Below the pieces are notes generated by a model, which made no database searches, was not told the origin of the DNA, and saw only the letters and a list, made by a program, of their open reading frames with translations. A DNA stretch of 64,000 bases from Candidatus Terrybacteria bacterium RIFCSPHIGHO2_01_FULL_43_35 (GTDB lineage Bacteria; Patescibacteriota; Minisyncoccia; Terrybacterales; GWB1-40-14), in NCBI GenBank assembly GCA_001822815.1, contig MHSR01000008.1, forward strand, positions 49,602 to 113,601, in the 5' to 3' direction. This document shows, piece by piece, positions 29,139 through 38,431 of the stretch (the stretch's first letter is position 1; every line of letters begins with the position of its first letter). The translations under genes were made by a program, and so were the position numbers.

Positions 29139-29188
29139 GTTTAAGCCAGGTTTAAGATATAATAGATTTATATTCTAAATCTTAAAAA

Positions 29189-30658
29189 ATGGTTCAGCTC
29201 AACGATATAATTGCCGAACGCAGAAGGAAACGTGATGCCTTGAAATCACTTGGCGTAAATCCTTATCCAGCTGGAATTAAGCGTTCGCATGAAATCAAAA
29301 AAGCTATCGCGGATTTCGACGCGCTCTCAAAAAAGAAAACCAAAATCCGTCTTGCCGGGCGTGTTTTGCTTTTAAGGCCATATGGGGCGATAACTTTCAT
29401 GAAGATAGCCGATGGATCGGATGAAATACAGCTTCTTGTCCGTAGAGCCTCTCTAGACAAAAATCAGACCAAGTTTATGTCTTACGTGGATCTCGGCGAT
29501 TTCGTTGCCGTACGAGGCATTCTCGCTTTAAGCAAAAGCGGCGAAAAAACATTGGAAGTCGAAAATATTGAAATTATAACTAAAGCCCTGCGTTCGTTGC
29601 CCGATAAGTGGCATGGTTTAACGGACGTTGAAGAAAGATTCAGAAGACGGTATCTTGATCTTTTAATGAGTCAAGGAAATAAAAACCGTTTTATTTTGAG
29701 AGCTAAAATTTCAAATATAATCCGTGAACAGTTCATCAAGGACGGTTTTTTGGAAGTTGAAACACCCACCTTACAGAGCGTTCCTGCTGGCGCCGCAGCC
29801 CGGCCCTTTAAAACTCATCTCGCGGCCTTAGATATACCTCTTTACTTGCGTATTGCTCCCGAGCTGTATCTCAAAGAATTGCTGGTCGGAGGATTTGATA
29901 AGGTTTTTGAGATGGGCAGGATGTTCAGGAATGAAGGCATGGACGCCACGCATAATCCAGAATTCACGGCGCTTGAAGGTTATTGGGCTTATCAGGATGC
30001 GCAGGGCCTTATGGATTATCTTGAGAAATTTATAATTAAGGTACTTGATAAAAGCGGCGTTGGCAGAAAAATGATTTTTCGCGATCACAAAATAGAGTGG
30101 AATTTGTCTATCCCTAAAAAAAGTTTTAATGAAATAGTTAAAACCTATGCCAAAATAGATTTGGCAAAGTCAAATATAGAAGAAATTGCCGACGTATTGA
30201 TTAAAAGCGGGCATGATATTCCAAAAATAAAAACAGAGAGCGAGTTCTGTGAAGCTGTTTTCAAGAAGATGTGTTTGCCGCATTTGATACAGCCGATATT
30301 CGTTACCGAACATCCCTTGGCGCTCTCGCCTTTAGCCAAAAAGAAAGCTGGTAGCGATGTTGCTGACCGTTTCCAGCTTGTTGTCGGTGGTTTTGAGCTA
30401 ATCAACGGATATAGTGAATTGAATGACCCAGACGAACAGCGTGAACGTTTTGAAAAATCAGAAGCCGATATTGGCAAGGGTGCCCAGGAAGCCCAGCTTG
30501 GGGATGAAGATTTTGTTGAAGCCTTGGAATATGGCATGCCGCCTGCGGCCGGGTTTGGTATAGGCATGGATCGTTTAGTGATGTTGCTTACCGATTCGGC
30601 TAACATCAGAGAGGTGATTCTTTTCCCAACCATGCGGCCGAAGAAAAATGGAGAGTAG
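29189..30658 (+). CDS. lysS: Lysine--tRNA ligase (class II)
   Basis: RRRYLDL, YLRIAPELYLK, FRNEGMDATHNPEF, YGMPPAAGFGIGMDRL. Confidence 0.97.
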   Translation: MVQLNDIIAERRRKRDALKSLGVNPYPAGIKRSHEIKKAIADFDALSKKKTKIRLAGRVLLLRPYGAITFMKIADGSDEIQLLVRRASLDKNQTKFMSYVDLGDFVAVRGILALSKSGEKTLEVENIEIITKALRSLPDKWHGLTDVEERFRRRYLDLLMSQGNKNRFILRAKISNIIREQFIKDGFLEVETPTLQSVPAGAAARPFKTHLAALDIPLYLRIAPELYLKELLVGGFDKVFEMGRMFRNEGMDATHNPEFTALEGYWAYQDAQGLMDYLEKFIIKVLDKSGVGRKMIFRDHKIEWNLSIPKKSFNEIVKTYAKIDLAKSNIEEIADVLIKSGHDIPKIKTESEFCEAVFKKMCLPHLIQPIFVTEHPLALSPLAKKKAGSDVADRFQLVVGGFELINGYSELNDPDEQRERFEKSEADIGKGAQEAQLGDEDFVEALEYGMPPAAGFGIGMDRLVMLLTDSANIREVILFPTMRPKKNGE

Positions 30659-30661
30659 ATG

Positions 30662-30763
30662 CAAGCAACAATTCTGTTCGCGTCTACAAGGAATCCCTCC
30701 ATACCGAAAGCCGTTCCAGCAAGAGGTTCGTGGCCTTAATGACGCTCACAGAACAGTTGCTTG
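30662..30763. ncRNA. Unassigned ~100-nt long imperfect hairpin
   Basis: Nested pairings caagcaac/gttgcttg, ttctgt/acagaa, gcgtc/gacgc, aagg/cctt, cctc/gagg. Confidence 0.4.
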
Positions 30764-30790
30764 AATTAAGATGATCTTAAGGCTTTATAT

Positions 30791-31399
30791 ATGCGTTTGA
30801 TTTTGGCAACCAAAAACCAGGGGAAATTACAGGAGATGAGAGAGGTTATGTCGGGTTTACCGTTTGAGTTGGTTTCGCTTCAAGAGTTGGGTGATATCGA
30901 TAAGGTTGAAGAGGACGGTGCAACATTCCTGGATAACGCGCTTATCAAGGCGCGTTATTTTGCGACGAAATACAAATGTCCCGCGCTGGCCGATGATGGT
31001 GGACTTGAAATTGATGTTTTGGGAGGGGAGCCGGGAGTGCGCACGCGCCGTTGGCCTGGATACGAAGCAAGCGATGAGGAACTTATAGATTATACTTTAG
31101 AAAAACTCAAAGGTGTTCCTTTTGAAAAACGCACTGCGCGGTTAACCACTGTTGTAGCTGTTGCTTTTCTGGATGGTTCTTTTATCTCCGCAACTTCAAG
31201 CAGGGGAGGTATTATTTCCGAAAAACCGCATCCCAAGCGTCAGGAGGGTTATCCGTTCCGGTCTTTGCATATCTTGCCAGAGTTGAACAAGTTTTATATA
31301 GAACTTACCGAAGAAGAAAATCAGAAACTTAATCATCGTCGGGAGGCACTTAATATTTTGCGCATGGAACTGGAAGAAAACCCTCTGCTTGACATATAA
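30791..31399 (+). CDS. rdgB: Non-canonical purine NTP pyrophosphatase (RdgB/HAM1 family)
   Basis: ATKNQGK, EEDGATFLDNALIKA, ADDGGL, GEPGV, NHR (SHR variant). Confidence 0.88.
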   Translation: MRLILATKNQGKLQEMREVMSGLPFELVSLQELGDIDKVEEDGATFLDNALIKARYFATKYKCPALADDGGLEIDVLGGEPGVRTRRWPGYEASDEELIDYTLEKLKGVPFEKRTARLTTVVAVAFLDGSFISATSSRGGIISEKPHPKRQEGYPFRSLHILPELNKFYIELTEEENQKLNHRREALNILRMELEENPLLDI

Positions 31400-31518
31400 T
31401 AAAATATTTGATATAATATAAGCACATGTTAAGTAGCATGTCGCTTGCGGCGTTATGCCGTAGGTTAGAGCCGTTCTGTCTGGGCTAACACGGGCAGAGA
31501 AATCAAGGAGGTGCCGTG

Positions 31519-31998
31519 ATGGCATCAGGCAGCGACGTACTCAGCAGGATCAGAGATCGTGAGGACGGGGTCAACGAGTCCAAACCGTACTTCGCGATCA
31601 CGAACGCTCCCGGTCCTTTCCGTCTCTTGACCACAATGATCGAGATGTACGAGAAGCACGGGAATTCCCACGTCGTGGATCTCACGGTGCGGGCGATCTT
31701 GGACTCAGGTCTAGAATTGCTCGGCCACGATCGGGAATTCAAGATTCCCTTCGAGTTCGTGCTTCAAGGACCGACCACCAGCGTAGGCCACGGTTCTGAT
31801 CAGCCCAGGAACATCCGATTGCTCGGACGGTTCCTGATCACGAACCACGTGCAGAGTGGCTACTCTCCATACGTCGATCCGCGGAAAGCGGCTCCGGTGC
31901 TTGATGAGTGGCAGTGGGAAGCCATCTTCAACCCAGAGACTCGCAAGGGGCTGGTGCTCAGGCTCAAGGAACCTCTTCCTTGGGAATGGACCCTCTAG
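31519..31998 (+). CDS. Hypothetical protein, GC-richer than its flanks
   Basis: AGGAGG SD, own promoter (ttgaca 31389, tataat 31414) and terminator; bias toward C/G-ending codons. Confidence 0.7.
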   Translation: MASGSDVLSRIRDREDGVNESKPYFAITNAPGPFRLLTTMIEMYEKHGNSHVVDLTVRAILDSGLELLGHDREFKIPFEFVLQGPTTSVGHGSDQPRNIRLLGRFLITNHVQSGYSPYVDPRKAAPVLDEWQWEAIFNPETRKGLVLRLKEPLPWEWTL

Positions 31999-32037
31999 TT
32001 CGTTCAATTAGGTATAGCTCCTACCTCAAACAGGAGC

Positions 32038-32068
32038 AGGGCGTAACGCTTCGGGCGACGCCCTTTTT
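32038..32068 (+). terminator. Intrinsic terminator
   Basis: agggcgt...acgccct followed by a T run. Confidence 0.7.
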
Positions 32069-32134
32069 CTTTGGTCTGGAATTAATATAACAAATTTGAA
32101 AAAATGATATTTTTAGCGTATGCTTTCTATTGTT

Positions 32135-33376
32135 ATGCTTGATATTAAACTAATTCGCGAAAATCCAGAAATAGTCAAAGACGCCATTTTAAAGAAGGGC
32201 GTTAAAGTTGATTTGGACAAAATAATCCTTTTGGACAAGCAGAAACGAGAACTTTTGACTGAAGTTGAACAATTGCGTGCCCGCCAGAAAAAAGAAGGCA
32301 CAGCTTCTGCGCGTCAGGCAATGCAGGAGCTAAAGTCAGAGATTAAAAACAAAGAAGAAGCTCTGTCTAAGATAGAGCCGGAGCTTGAAATGCTCCTGTT
32401 GGAATTGCCCAATATTCCAAATGCTGATGTACCTGAAGGCAAAGACGAAACCGGGAATGTTGTCGTACGCGAAGCCGGCTCCAAAAGAGAATTCTCATTT
32501 AAGCCGCTTTCATATATAGAGTTGGCCCAGAAGCATGAACTTATTGATACCGAGCGCGCCGGCAAAGTTTCTGGAAGCCGCTTTGGTTATCTGCTTCGCG
32601 AGGCCGCGTTAATTGAAATGGCGCTTGTGCGTTATGCTTATGATATTTTGCTTAAAGAAGAATTTATTCCGGTTATTCCTCCGGTGATGATTAAACCCGA
32701 TGTTTACCGCGGTATGGGCCGCTTAACTCGCGCACAGGAAGAGGAAAGGTATTATTTGCCTGCCGATGATTTATATCTTACAGGTAGCTCCGAGCACACC
32801 ATAGGACCGTTTCATGCCGATGAAATATTTAATATTAAAGATTTACCAAAGCGTTATGTGGGTTTCTCCTCGTGTTTTCGAAGGGAGGCCGGTTCATACG
32901 GCAAGGATACCAAGGGCATATTGCGTGTACACCAGTTTGATAAGGTTGAAATGTTCTCTTTTGTCTTGCCGGAAAATTCGTCCGCGGAACTTGAAAATTT
33001 AGTTAGCTTTCAGGAAAAGCTATATTCCGGTCTCAAGATTCCCTACAGAGTTGTTTCTATATGCGCGGGCGATATGGGCTTTACTGACGCCAAACAATAC
33101 GACATAGAGGCCTGGCTTCCTGGACAGGATGACGGACTTGGGCAATACCGCGAAACTCATTCTGCTTCAAATACAACAGATTTTCAAGCCAGAGGCGAAA
33201 ATATAAAATACCGCGCCATCAACGGTAAAACAGATTACGTGCATATGTTAAACGCTACCACTCTGGCGCTAGGCCGCACCATAATTGCCATACTTGAGAA
33301 TTATCAGAATAAGGATGGTTCAGTTGACATGCCGGAAGCGCTCGTGCCGTATCTTGGTTTTGATACGATAAAATAA
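32135..33376 (+). CDS. serS: Serine--tRNA ligase
   Basis: MLDIKLIREN, LPNIP, CFRREAGSYGKDTKGILRVHQFDKVE, TDFQAR. Confidence 0.97.
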   Translation: MLDIKLIRENPEIVKDAILKKGVKVDLDKIILLDKQKRELLTEVEQLRARQKKEGTASARQAMQELKSEIKNKEEALSKIEPELEMLLLELPNIPNADVPEGKDETGNVVVREAGSKREFSFKPLSYIELAQKHELIDTERAGKVSGSRFGYLLREAALIEMALVRYAYDILLKEEFIPVIPPVMIKPDVYRGMGRLTRAQEEERYYLPADDLYLTGSSEHTIGPFHADEIFNIKDLPKRYVGFSSCFRREAGSYGKDTKGILRVHQFDKVEMFSFVLPENSSAELENLVSFQEKLYSGLKIPYRVVSICAGDMGFTDAKQYDIEAWLPGQDDGLGQYRETHSASNTTDFQARGENIKYRAINGKTDYVHMLNATTLALGRTIIAILENYQNKDGSVDMPEALVPYLGFDTIK

Positions 33377-33386
33377 TTTTAGAATT

Positions 33387-33950
33387 ATGTTGGGACATAC
33401 AGATTTAACCGTGGGAACGGTATTTGTCATGGACGGCGATCCGTGGCAAGTAATGGAAACTCAATTCGTTAAAATGGCTCAGCGCACCGGGCATGTGCAG
33501 GCGAAGATAAAGAATTTACGCACCGGCTCCATGCTTTCGCGTGCCTTCAAGCAGGCAGATCGTTTTGAAGAAGCCGATTTGGAAACCATCAAATCAATGT
33601 TTGTTTTTGCGCATCGCGGCAAATATGTTTTCGCCGAAATCGCTAATCCTAAGAATCGCTTTGAATTTACGGAAGAACAGGTTGGCGATAATAAATATTA
33701 TCTTAAAAACAATCTTGAAGTCGGCGCCATGAAATTTCAAGGACAGTTCATTGGTATAATCGTCCCACCTAAAGTTGATCTTAAAGTTACAGAGGCTGCG
33801 CCTGGCGTTAGAGGTAATAGCGCGCAGGGCGGCACCAAAACCGTAGTTTGTGAGAGCGGTCTTGAACTGACAACTCCTCTGTTTATTGAAGAAGGAGATA
33901 TAATCAGAGTAAATACCAAAACCGGAGAATACGTTGAAAGAGCGAAATAA
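33387..33950 (+). CDS. efp: Elongation factor P
   Basis: KIKNLRTG, PGVRGNSA, PLFIEEGDIIRVNTKTGEYVER. Confidence 0.95.
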   Translation: MLGHTDLTVGTVFVMDGDPWQVMETQFVKMAQRTGHVQAKIKNLRTGSMLSRAFKQADRFEEADLETIKSMFVFAHRGKYVFAEIANPKNRFEFTEEQVGDNKYYLKNNLEVGAMKFQGQFIGIIVPPKVDLKVTEAAPGVRGNSAQGGTKTVVCESGLELTTPLFIEEGDIIRVNTKTGEYVERAK

Positions 33951-33970
33951 TCTTCAGATAAAAAACAAAA

Positions 33971-34014
33971 ACCCGTCCAGCTCTAATTTTTTTAAAATTA
34001 GGGCGTGGGCGGGT
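33971..34014. repeat. Palindromic REP-like repeat, probably acting as a bidirectional terminator
   Basis: acccgtccagctctaatttt...aaaattagggcgtgggcgggt between convergent genes. Confidence 0.6.
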
Positions 34015-34021
34015 AATATTT

Positions 34022-34444
34022 TTAGCGGTGAAGGAGGCCCCCGGTCTTTTCAAGTCCGTTTGAGATGAGAGTCACAAGAAGTTTGACCGCGGCTTTCAAG
34101 AGTCGGTAAATCATACGCGGAATAAAGGTAAGTATTTTAACTGCTATAGCTACTGGCTTTTTATTTAGGAAAGCTTCTATAATTAGATATATGGCCGCAT
34201 TAACGGTCCAAAAGAACGTTAACCAGCCCAGTAGCAAACCCAAGGCGAATTTCCTTTTTTGTTCCGGTGTAAGTTCTTGTTCATGTACATACCAAGCAAA
34301 CCGCATACAGCAGAATCCGATCAATGGCCACATTATTGCCAACCATATCCAAAGTTGCAGACCAAAGAATACGGTTTGAGTTAAGGCTTCATAAGCCAAT
34401 GTCATAGCCTTAAGCATCAAGGCGATAATGTCTAAGAAAGACAT
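34022..34444 (-). CDS. Hypothetical membrane protein
   Basis: Hydrophobic helices, GAAGGAG SD, and ttgact promoter upstream. Confidence 0.7.
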   Translation of the reverse strand: MSFLDIIALMLKAMTLAYEALTQTVFFGLQLWIWLAIMWPLIGFCCMRFAWYVHEQELTPEQKRKFALGLLLGWLTFFWTVNAAIYLIIEAFLNKKPVAIAVKILTFIPRMIYRLLKAAVKLLVTLISNGLEKTGGLLHR

Positions 34445-34524
34445 TTTTGCTCCTTCGTGATATCAATGTGCCCTGTTTAATGTTTTACAATCATAATCGG
34501 ATATAGTCAATAACTAGAGATCGA

Positions 34525-35685
34525 ATGAATGCTAAGGTAAATCACAATTTAAGAAATTGGGTGGAAATATCCAAATCGGCTCTTCTGTCAAGCATATATT
34601 CTTTCCGTTCAATAATCGGTCAAGATATTGCCTTAATGGCCGTGGTTAAGGCCAATGCTTATGGCCACGGTTTAAATATTATTACGCCGCTGGTGCAGGA
34701 AGCAGGTAGCGTATCTTGGTTGGGAGTCGACTCCCTAAGCGAAGCATTGGCATGCAGAGAAAGCGGCGCCTCCTTGCCAATTCTTATTCTTGGCTATACC
34801 ACGCGCGAAGATTTGTCTAATATAGTGAATTATGATTTTCGCCAAGCGGTTTATGATCTGGCCACATTGAACGTTATTTCTTTTGAAGCTAAACGTCTGG
34901 ATAAAAAAGCGTTTGTGCATTTAAAAATAGAAACCGGAACCAATCGTCAGGGCGTAGGGCCGGATGAGCTTGATCCTTTTATAGAGTTTTTTAATGAACA
35001 TCCCGAAGTGATACTTGAGGGTGTTTACACGCATTTTGCCGATGTGGAATCAGAAGATAATTTTGCTTATGCCCAGCAGCAATTGGCCGAATATCAACGC
35101 GCGCTGCAATTTCTCATAGACGGTAGTATTAATATTCCTTTCCGCCATACAGCCTCATCGGCCGCTATACTTCTTGTACCGGAATCGCATCTTAATATGG
35201 TTCGGTTGGGTATTTCATTGTATGGCTTGTGGCCGTCTAAAGACACAAAGGAGAAATTTTTAAACACTGGCCGCAAAATGAATTTATCTCCAGTTTTGCA
35301 ATGGAAGACGGTTATTGCCCAGGTTAAAAACATTAAAAAAGACCAGCCTATAGGTTACGGTCTAACTGAACGCGTAAGCCGTGATTCGGTTATAGCCGTT
35401 TTACCGGTAGGTTATTACGACGGTTATGATCGCAAACTTTCTTCGGTGGGTGAGGTTTTGGTCCATGGCGCTCGCGCCAAAGTTCTGGGCCGAATATGCA
35501 TGAATATGTTTATGATTGATATAACGGATATCGATGGCGTCATGCCCGAAGATGAAGTGGTTTTGCTTGGGTCACAAGGCGCGGAAAACATAACCGCCGA
35601 AGAATTGGCTCAAAAAGTAGATACCATCAATTATGAAATAGTCGCGCGTATAAATCCATTAATTCCGCGTATTATCGTAGATTAG
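34525..35685 (+). CDS. alr: Alanine racemase
   Basis: AVVKANAYGHG, HLKIETG, THFA, GYYDG, GRICM. Confidence 0.96.
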   Translation: MNAKVNHNLRNWVEISKSALLSSIYSFRSIIGQDIALMAVVKANAYGHGLNIITPLVQEAGSVSWLGVDSLSEALACRESGASLPILILGYTTREDLSNIVNYDFRQAVYDLATLNVISFEAKRLDKKAFVHLKIETGTNRQGVGPDELDPFIEFFNEHPEVILEGVYTHFADVESEDNFAYAQQQLAEYQRALQFLIDGSINIPFRHTASSAAILLVPESHLNMVRLGISLYGLWPSKDTKEKFLNTGRKMNLSPVLQWKTVIAQVKNIKKDQPIGYGLTERVSRDSVIAVLPVGYYDGYDRKLSSVGEVLVHGARAKVLGRICMNMFMIDITDIDGVMPEDEVVLLGSQGAENITAEELAQKVDTINYEIVARINPLIPRIIVD

Positions 35686-35689
35686 TATT

Positions 35690-36508
35690 ATGTCTAAATC
35701 CCGCTTGCGCCGTCTGCGCAAAAAAGAACAGGTTGTTTTTAAGTTTTTGTTACGGTTCATTTGGCCGGCTTTTTTTGCTTTTGCCGTGTTTGCTTTTGGA
35801 TTGTTTTTTTGGGGCACATCACGGTTTGACCCTTCGGTCATTAAAATTGAAGGCAATAAAAGAGTAAAGGCCGAAGAAATAGTGGTCGTCGTCAAGCCGT
35901 TCTTTACAGATAAACACATGTTTTTATTTTCCGGCAACGTCTTTATATTTAACCACAAAGGCGCGCGCGCAAGGCTCATGGAATTTTTTCCTAGGATTGC
36001 CGATGCTTCTTTTAAAGTTGACTGGCACATGCGCGAAGTTACGGTTTTGGTTGAGGAACGCACAAAAACCGCCGCTATCTGGTGCGGCTCTCCCGCCGGT
36101 ATAGACGCTTGTTATAACATCGATGAAGACGGAGTCGCTTTTGAAGAAGCATTACCAAGCCAGGGCTTGTTGTTGCTTACGGTTAAAAATGAACGTGACC
36201 AGGATTTGAAACAAATAGGCGAGGCGGTTATAGATAAGGATTTCCTAACTCAATTGATACGTATACGCGACGTTTTGAAAGAAACTTCTCAAGTTGGCGT
36301 CTCGCGTATTATTTTAGAAAAACCCGATGAAGTCGTGGCCGAAACTCTTGAAGGTTGGCGCGTTATTTTCGTGGATTCGCGTCCCATTCAAGATCAAATA
36401 GTCGCCTTGCGCGAGATTTTAAAGGCACAAATACCTAAGGAAAAAAGAGCTGGTCTCGACTACATAGATTTACGCGTGTCTGAAAGAGCTTATTATAAGT
36501 ATAAATGA
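35690..36508 (+). CDS. Cell division protein FtsQ/DivIB-like
   Basis: Basic N-terminus, TM helix, POTRA-like IKIEGN...VEER, C-terminal YIDLR. Confidence 0.8.
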   Translation: MSKSRLRRLRKKEQVVFKFLLRFIWPAFFAFAVFAFGLFFWGTSRFDPSVIKIEGNKRVKAEEIVVVVKPFFTDKHMFLFSGNVFIFNHKGARARLMEFFPRIADASFKVDWHMREVTVLVEERTKTAAIWCGSPAGIDACYNIDEDGVAFEEALPSQGLLLLTVKNERDQDLKQIGEAVIDKDFLTQLIRIRDVLKETSQVGVSRIILEKPDEVVAETLEGWRVIFVDSRPIQDQIVALREILKAQIPKEKRAGLDYIDLRVSERAYYKYK

Positions 36509-36536
36509 TTTTTTACCTTCTCGTAATTTTTTAATG

Positions 36537-36568
36537 AAAAATCGTCCCGCAACGGTGGGACGATTTTT
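36537..36568. terminator. Bidirectional terminator
   Basis: aaaaatcgtccc-gcaacggt-gggacgattttt. Confidence 0.75.
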
Positions 36569-36589
36569 ATTTTACAATTACCTTATATT

Positions 36590-38428
36590 TTACGGCAGGT
36601 TATAAACAAATATTGAGTTGCCAATTATCGCCACTGGCTGGTAATCATTCAGCCAGCAATAGTAATCGGTTGGATGACTCCAGCCCTTGGCTGGAGTCGC
36701 GCAGCCTTCTTGTTTATATGTTGCAGATAGGGCAAACCAGCCGTGCGGTCGGGTTTTTTCTTTCCACCAAGGTTCAAATTTGTCACCCAAATAATATTCC
36801 GGCGGCGCCCAGCCGAAATAATTTACGTTTATTTTTTCTATTTTGTTGTCTTCCACGAATTTGGCAAGATAGCGTAAGTCCTGACCCCAATCTAGGTTAG
36901 AATCAACCGTGATGTTATGGCCGCCGCCTTTCAAGGGCGCAAGTTCATTATACCAGGCTATATAGTGCGGCCAGGCTATAAGCGCTCCGCCGACATACCA
37001 AATAAGCAGCGGCAGAATAAGCATAAGTTTTATGCCCATCCTGGCCATATTTTTGAGAGTATCCAAAAGCTGGGCTAAAGGCGCCATAGATGTCATCTGG
37101 TCGTTTTTTAACCAGTTTATGGCACCAAGAGATATCAACAATATTGTGAATGGGAACACCGGCATTAAGTGTCTGACGCCGATGTTCAAGTTGCTTGATA
37201 TAGAAGTTAGCCAATACATGCCGATATACATCAGTGAGGCCAGAATTATAAAATTTTCAAACGCTATTTTAAATAACCAATTCATGCCAGCTTTAATACT
37301 GGGGACACGCATCATTTTAGCCAAAATATTCTTTATGCCTATGAATATCGTAAGAACGCTTAAAATATGGAATGACAGCGGCACTTTGAACAAATAAACA
37401 ACAGGGAAATATGATTGCCAAGCCGTTGAGGCTACTTGGCCCATGAAGAAAGCGGTATTTCCGCCAGTGGCTCTTTGCAGGACCATAAATAATCCCAGCA
37501 GATATTGAGCCAAGGGTCTCAAAACTGGTATCTGGGTCATCGCTATCACCAGATTCGCGAGGAAAGGTGAACCAAAAGAGCTCAATAACATTTTGGCATC
37601 GTTCATCTGGCGCTCGACAGGATAATTCCACACATGCCATACATATACGATATAAACCACAACGTATCCGATTATGCCTACGGCTATTGTTCCGCCTACG
37701 ATTGTCAGAAAATCTTTGAAGTGTTTTTTAAATGAGCCGTAATCTTCTTTTATCATTTTTAGTATGATCCAGGTAAAAGCCAGAACACCAAAATATGGAA
37801 TGAGCAAGAAATTTGAGAATTTGAATAACTGCGCTATGCCAAACGTGAATCCAGCTGCGAGTAAGGATTTTCTGTCAGGCTTTTTGAAATATTTAAGCAG
37901 GAAATATGTAGCTATAAAACTTCCCGCGGCCGCCGGCACGTCTGTCGTGACCAGTCTTCCGTGCGCCAGGATTACTGGCGAGAAGGCGTATAAGATTATG
38001 GCTATAAGTCCGCCGCCAGCGCCTCCGAGCTCAAAACTTGCACGAAAAACGAACCAACCCAAAGTGATCATTATGGCCAATGGTGCCAGGCGGGCTAAAA
38101 ATACTATTAAGTTGGCGTCATTTCCCGAATAAAAAATAAATTTGCGGCCGAAATCCCACTGTCCATTAATATCCTCTGTCCATGATTTATCATCCGTGGG
38201 CACTTTAAGATTCTTCATGAAAAGCAGGGGTAGGGCTGCCAAGTCTTTCATTAGTGGCGGATGTTCGGGATTGATTCGCATATCTTTTTGCGTGATATAA
38301 GATATGCCCGCGCCTATATGCGGGTCTTCGTCATTGGTCAAGGCATCATTGCGCATGCTTGTTGCGCCCAGGATGATCATCGCAATAAGGCATATTATGG
38401 CTAGGCCTCGTGTTATAGCTGAACTCAT
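36590..38428 (-). CDS. GT-C fold glycosyltransferase (PMT/ArnT-like)
   Basis: TNDEDPHI, NPEHPPL, HGRLVTTD, DSNLDWGQDL; many TM helices. Confidence 0.85.
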   Translation of the reverse strand: MSSAITRGLAIICLIAMIILGATSMRNDALTNDEDPHIGAGISYITQKDMRINPEHPPLMKDLAALPLLFMKNLKVPTDDKSWTEDINGQWDFGRKFIFYSGNDANLIVFLARLAPLAIMITLGWFVFRASFELGGAGGGLIAIILYAFSPVILAHGRLVTTDVPAAAGSFIATYFLLKYFKKPDRKSLLAAGFTFGIAQLFKFSNFLLIPYFGVLAFTWIILKMIKEDYGSFKKHFKDFLTIVGGTIAVGIIGYVVVYIVYVWHVWNYPVERQMNDAKMLLSSFGSPFLANLVIAMTQIPVLRPLAQYLLGLFMVLQRATGGNTAFFMGQVASTAWQSYFPVVYLFKVPLSFHILSVLTIFIGIKNILAKMMRVPSIKAGMNWLFKIAFENFIILASLMYIGMYWLTSISSNLNIGVRHLMPVFPFTILLISLGAINWLKNDQMTSMAPLAQLLDTLKNMARMGIKLMLILPLLIWYVGGALIAWPHYIAWYNELAPLKGGGHNITVDSNLDWGQDLRYLAKFVEDNKIEKINVNYFGWAPPEYYLGDKFEPWWKEKTRPHGWFALSATYKQEGCATPAKGWSHPTDYYCWLNDYQPVAIIGNSIFVYNLP

Positions 38429-38431
38429 AGA

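Noticed and set aside
30145-30702. 185-aa minus-strand ORF and similar short antisense ORFs across the window
   Set aside because: They are shadow frames of well-supported genes and have no motifs.
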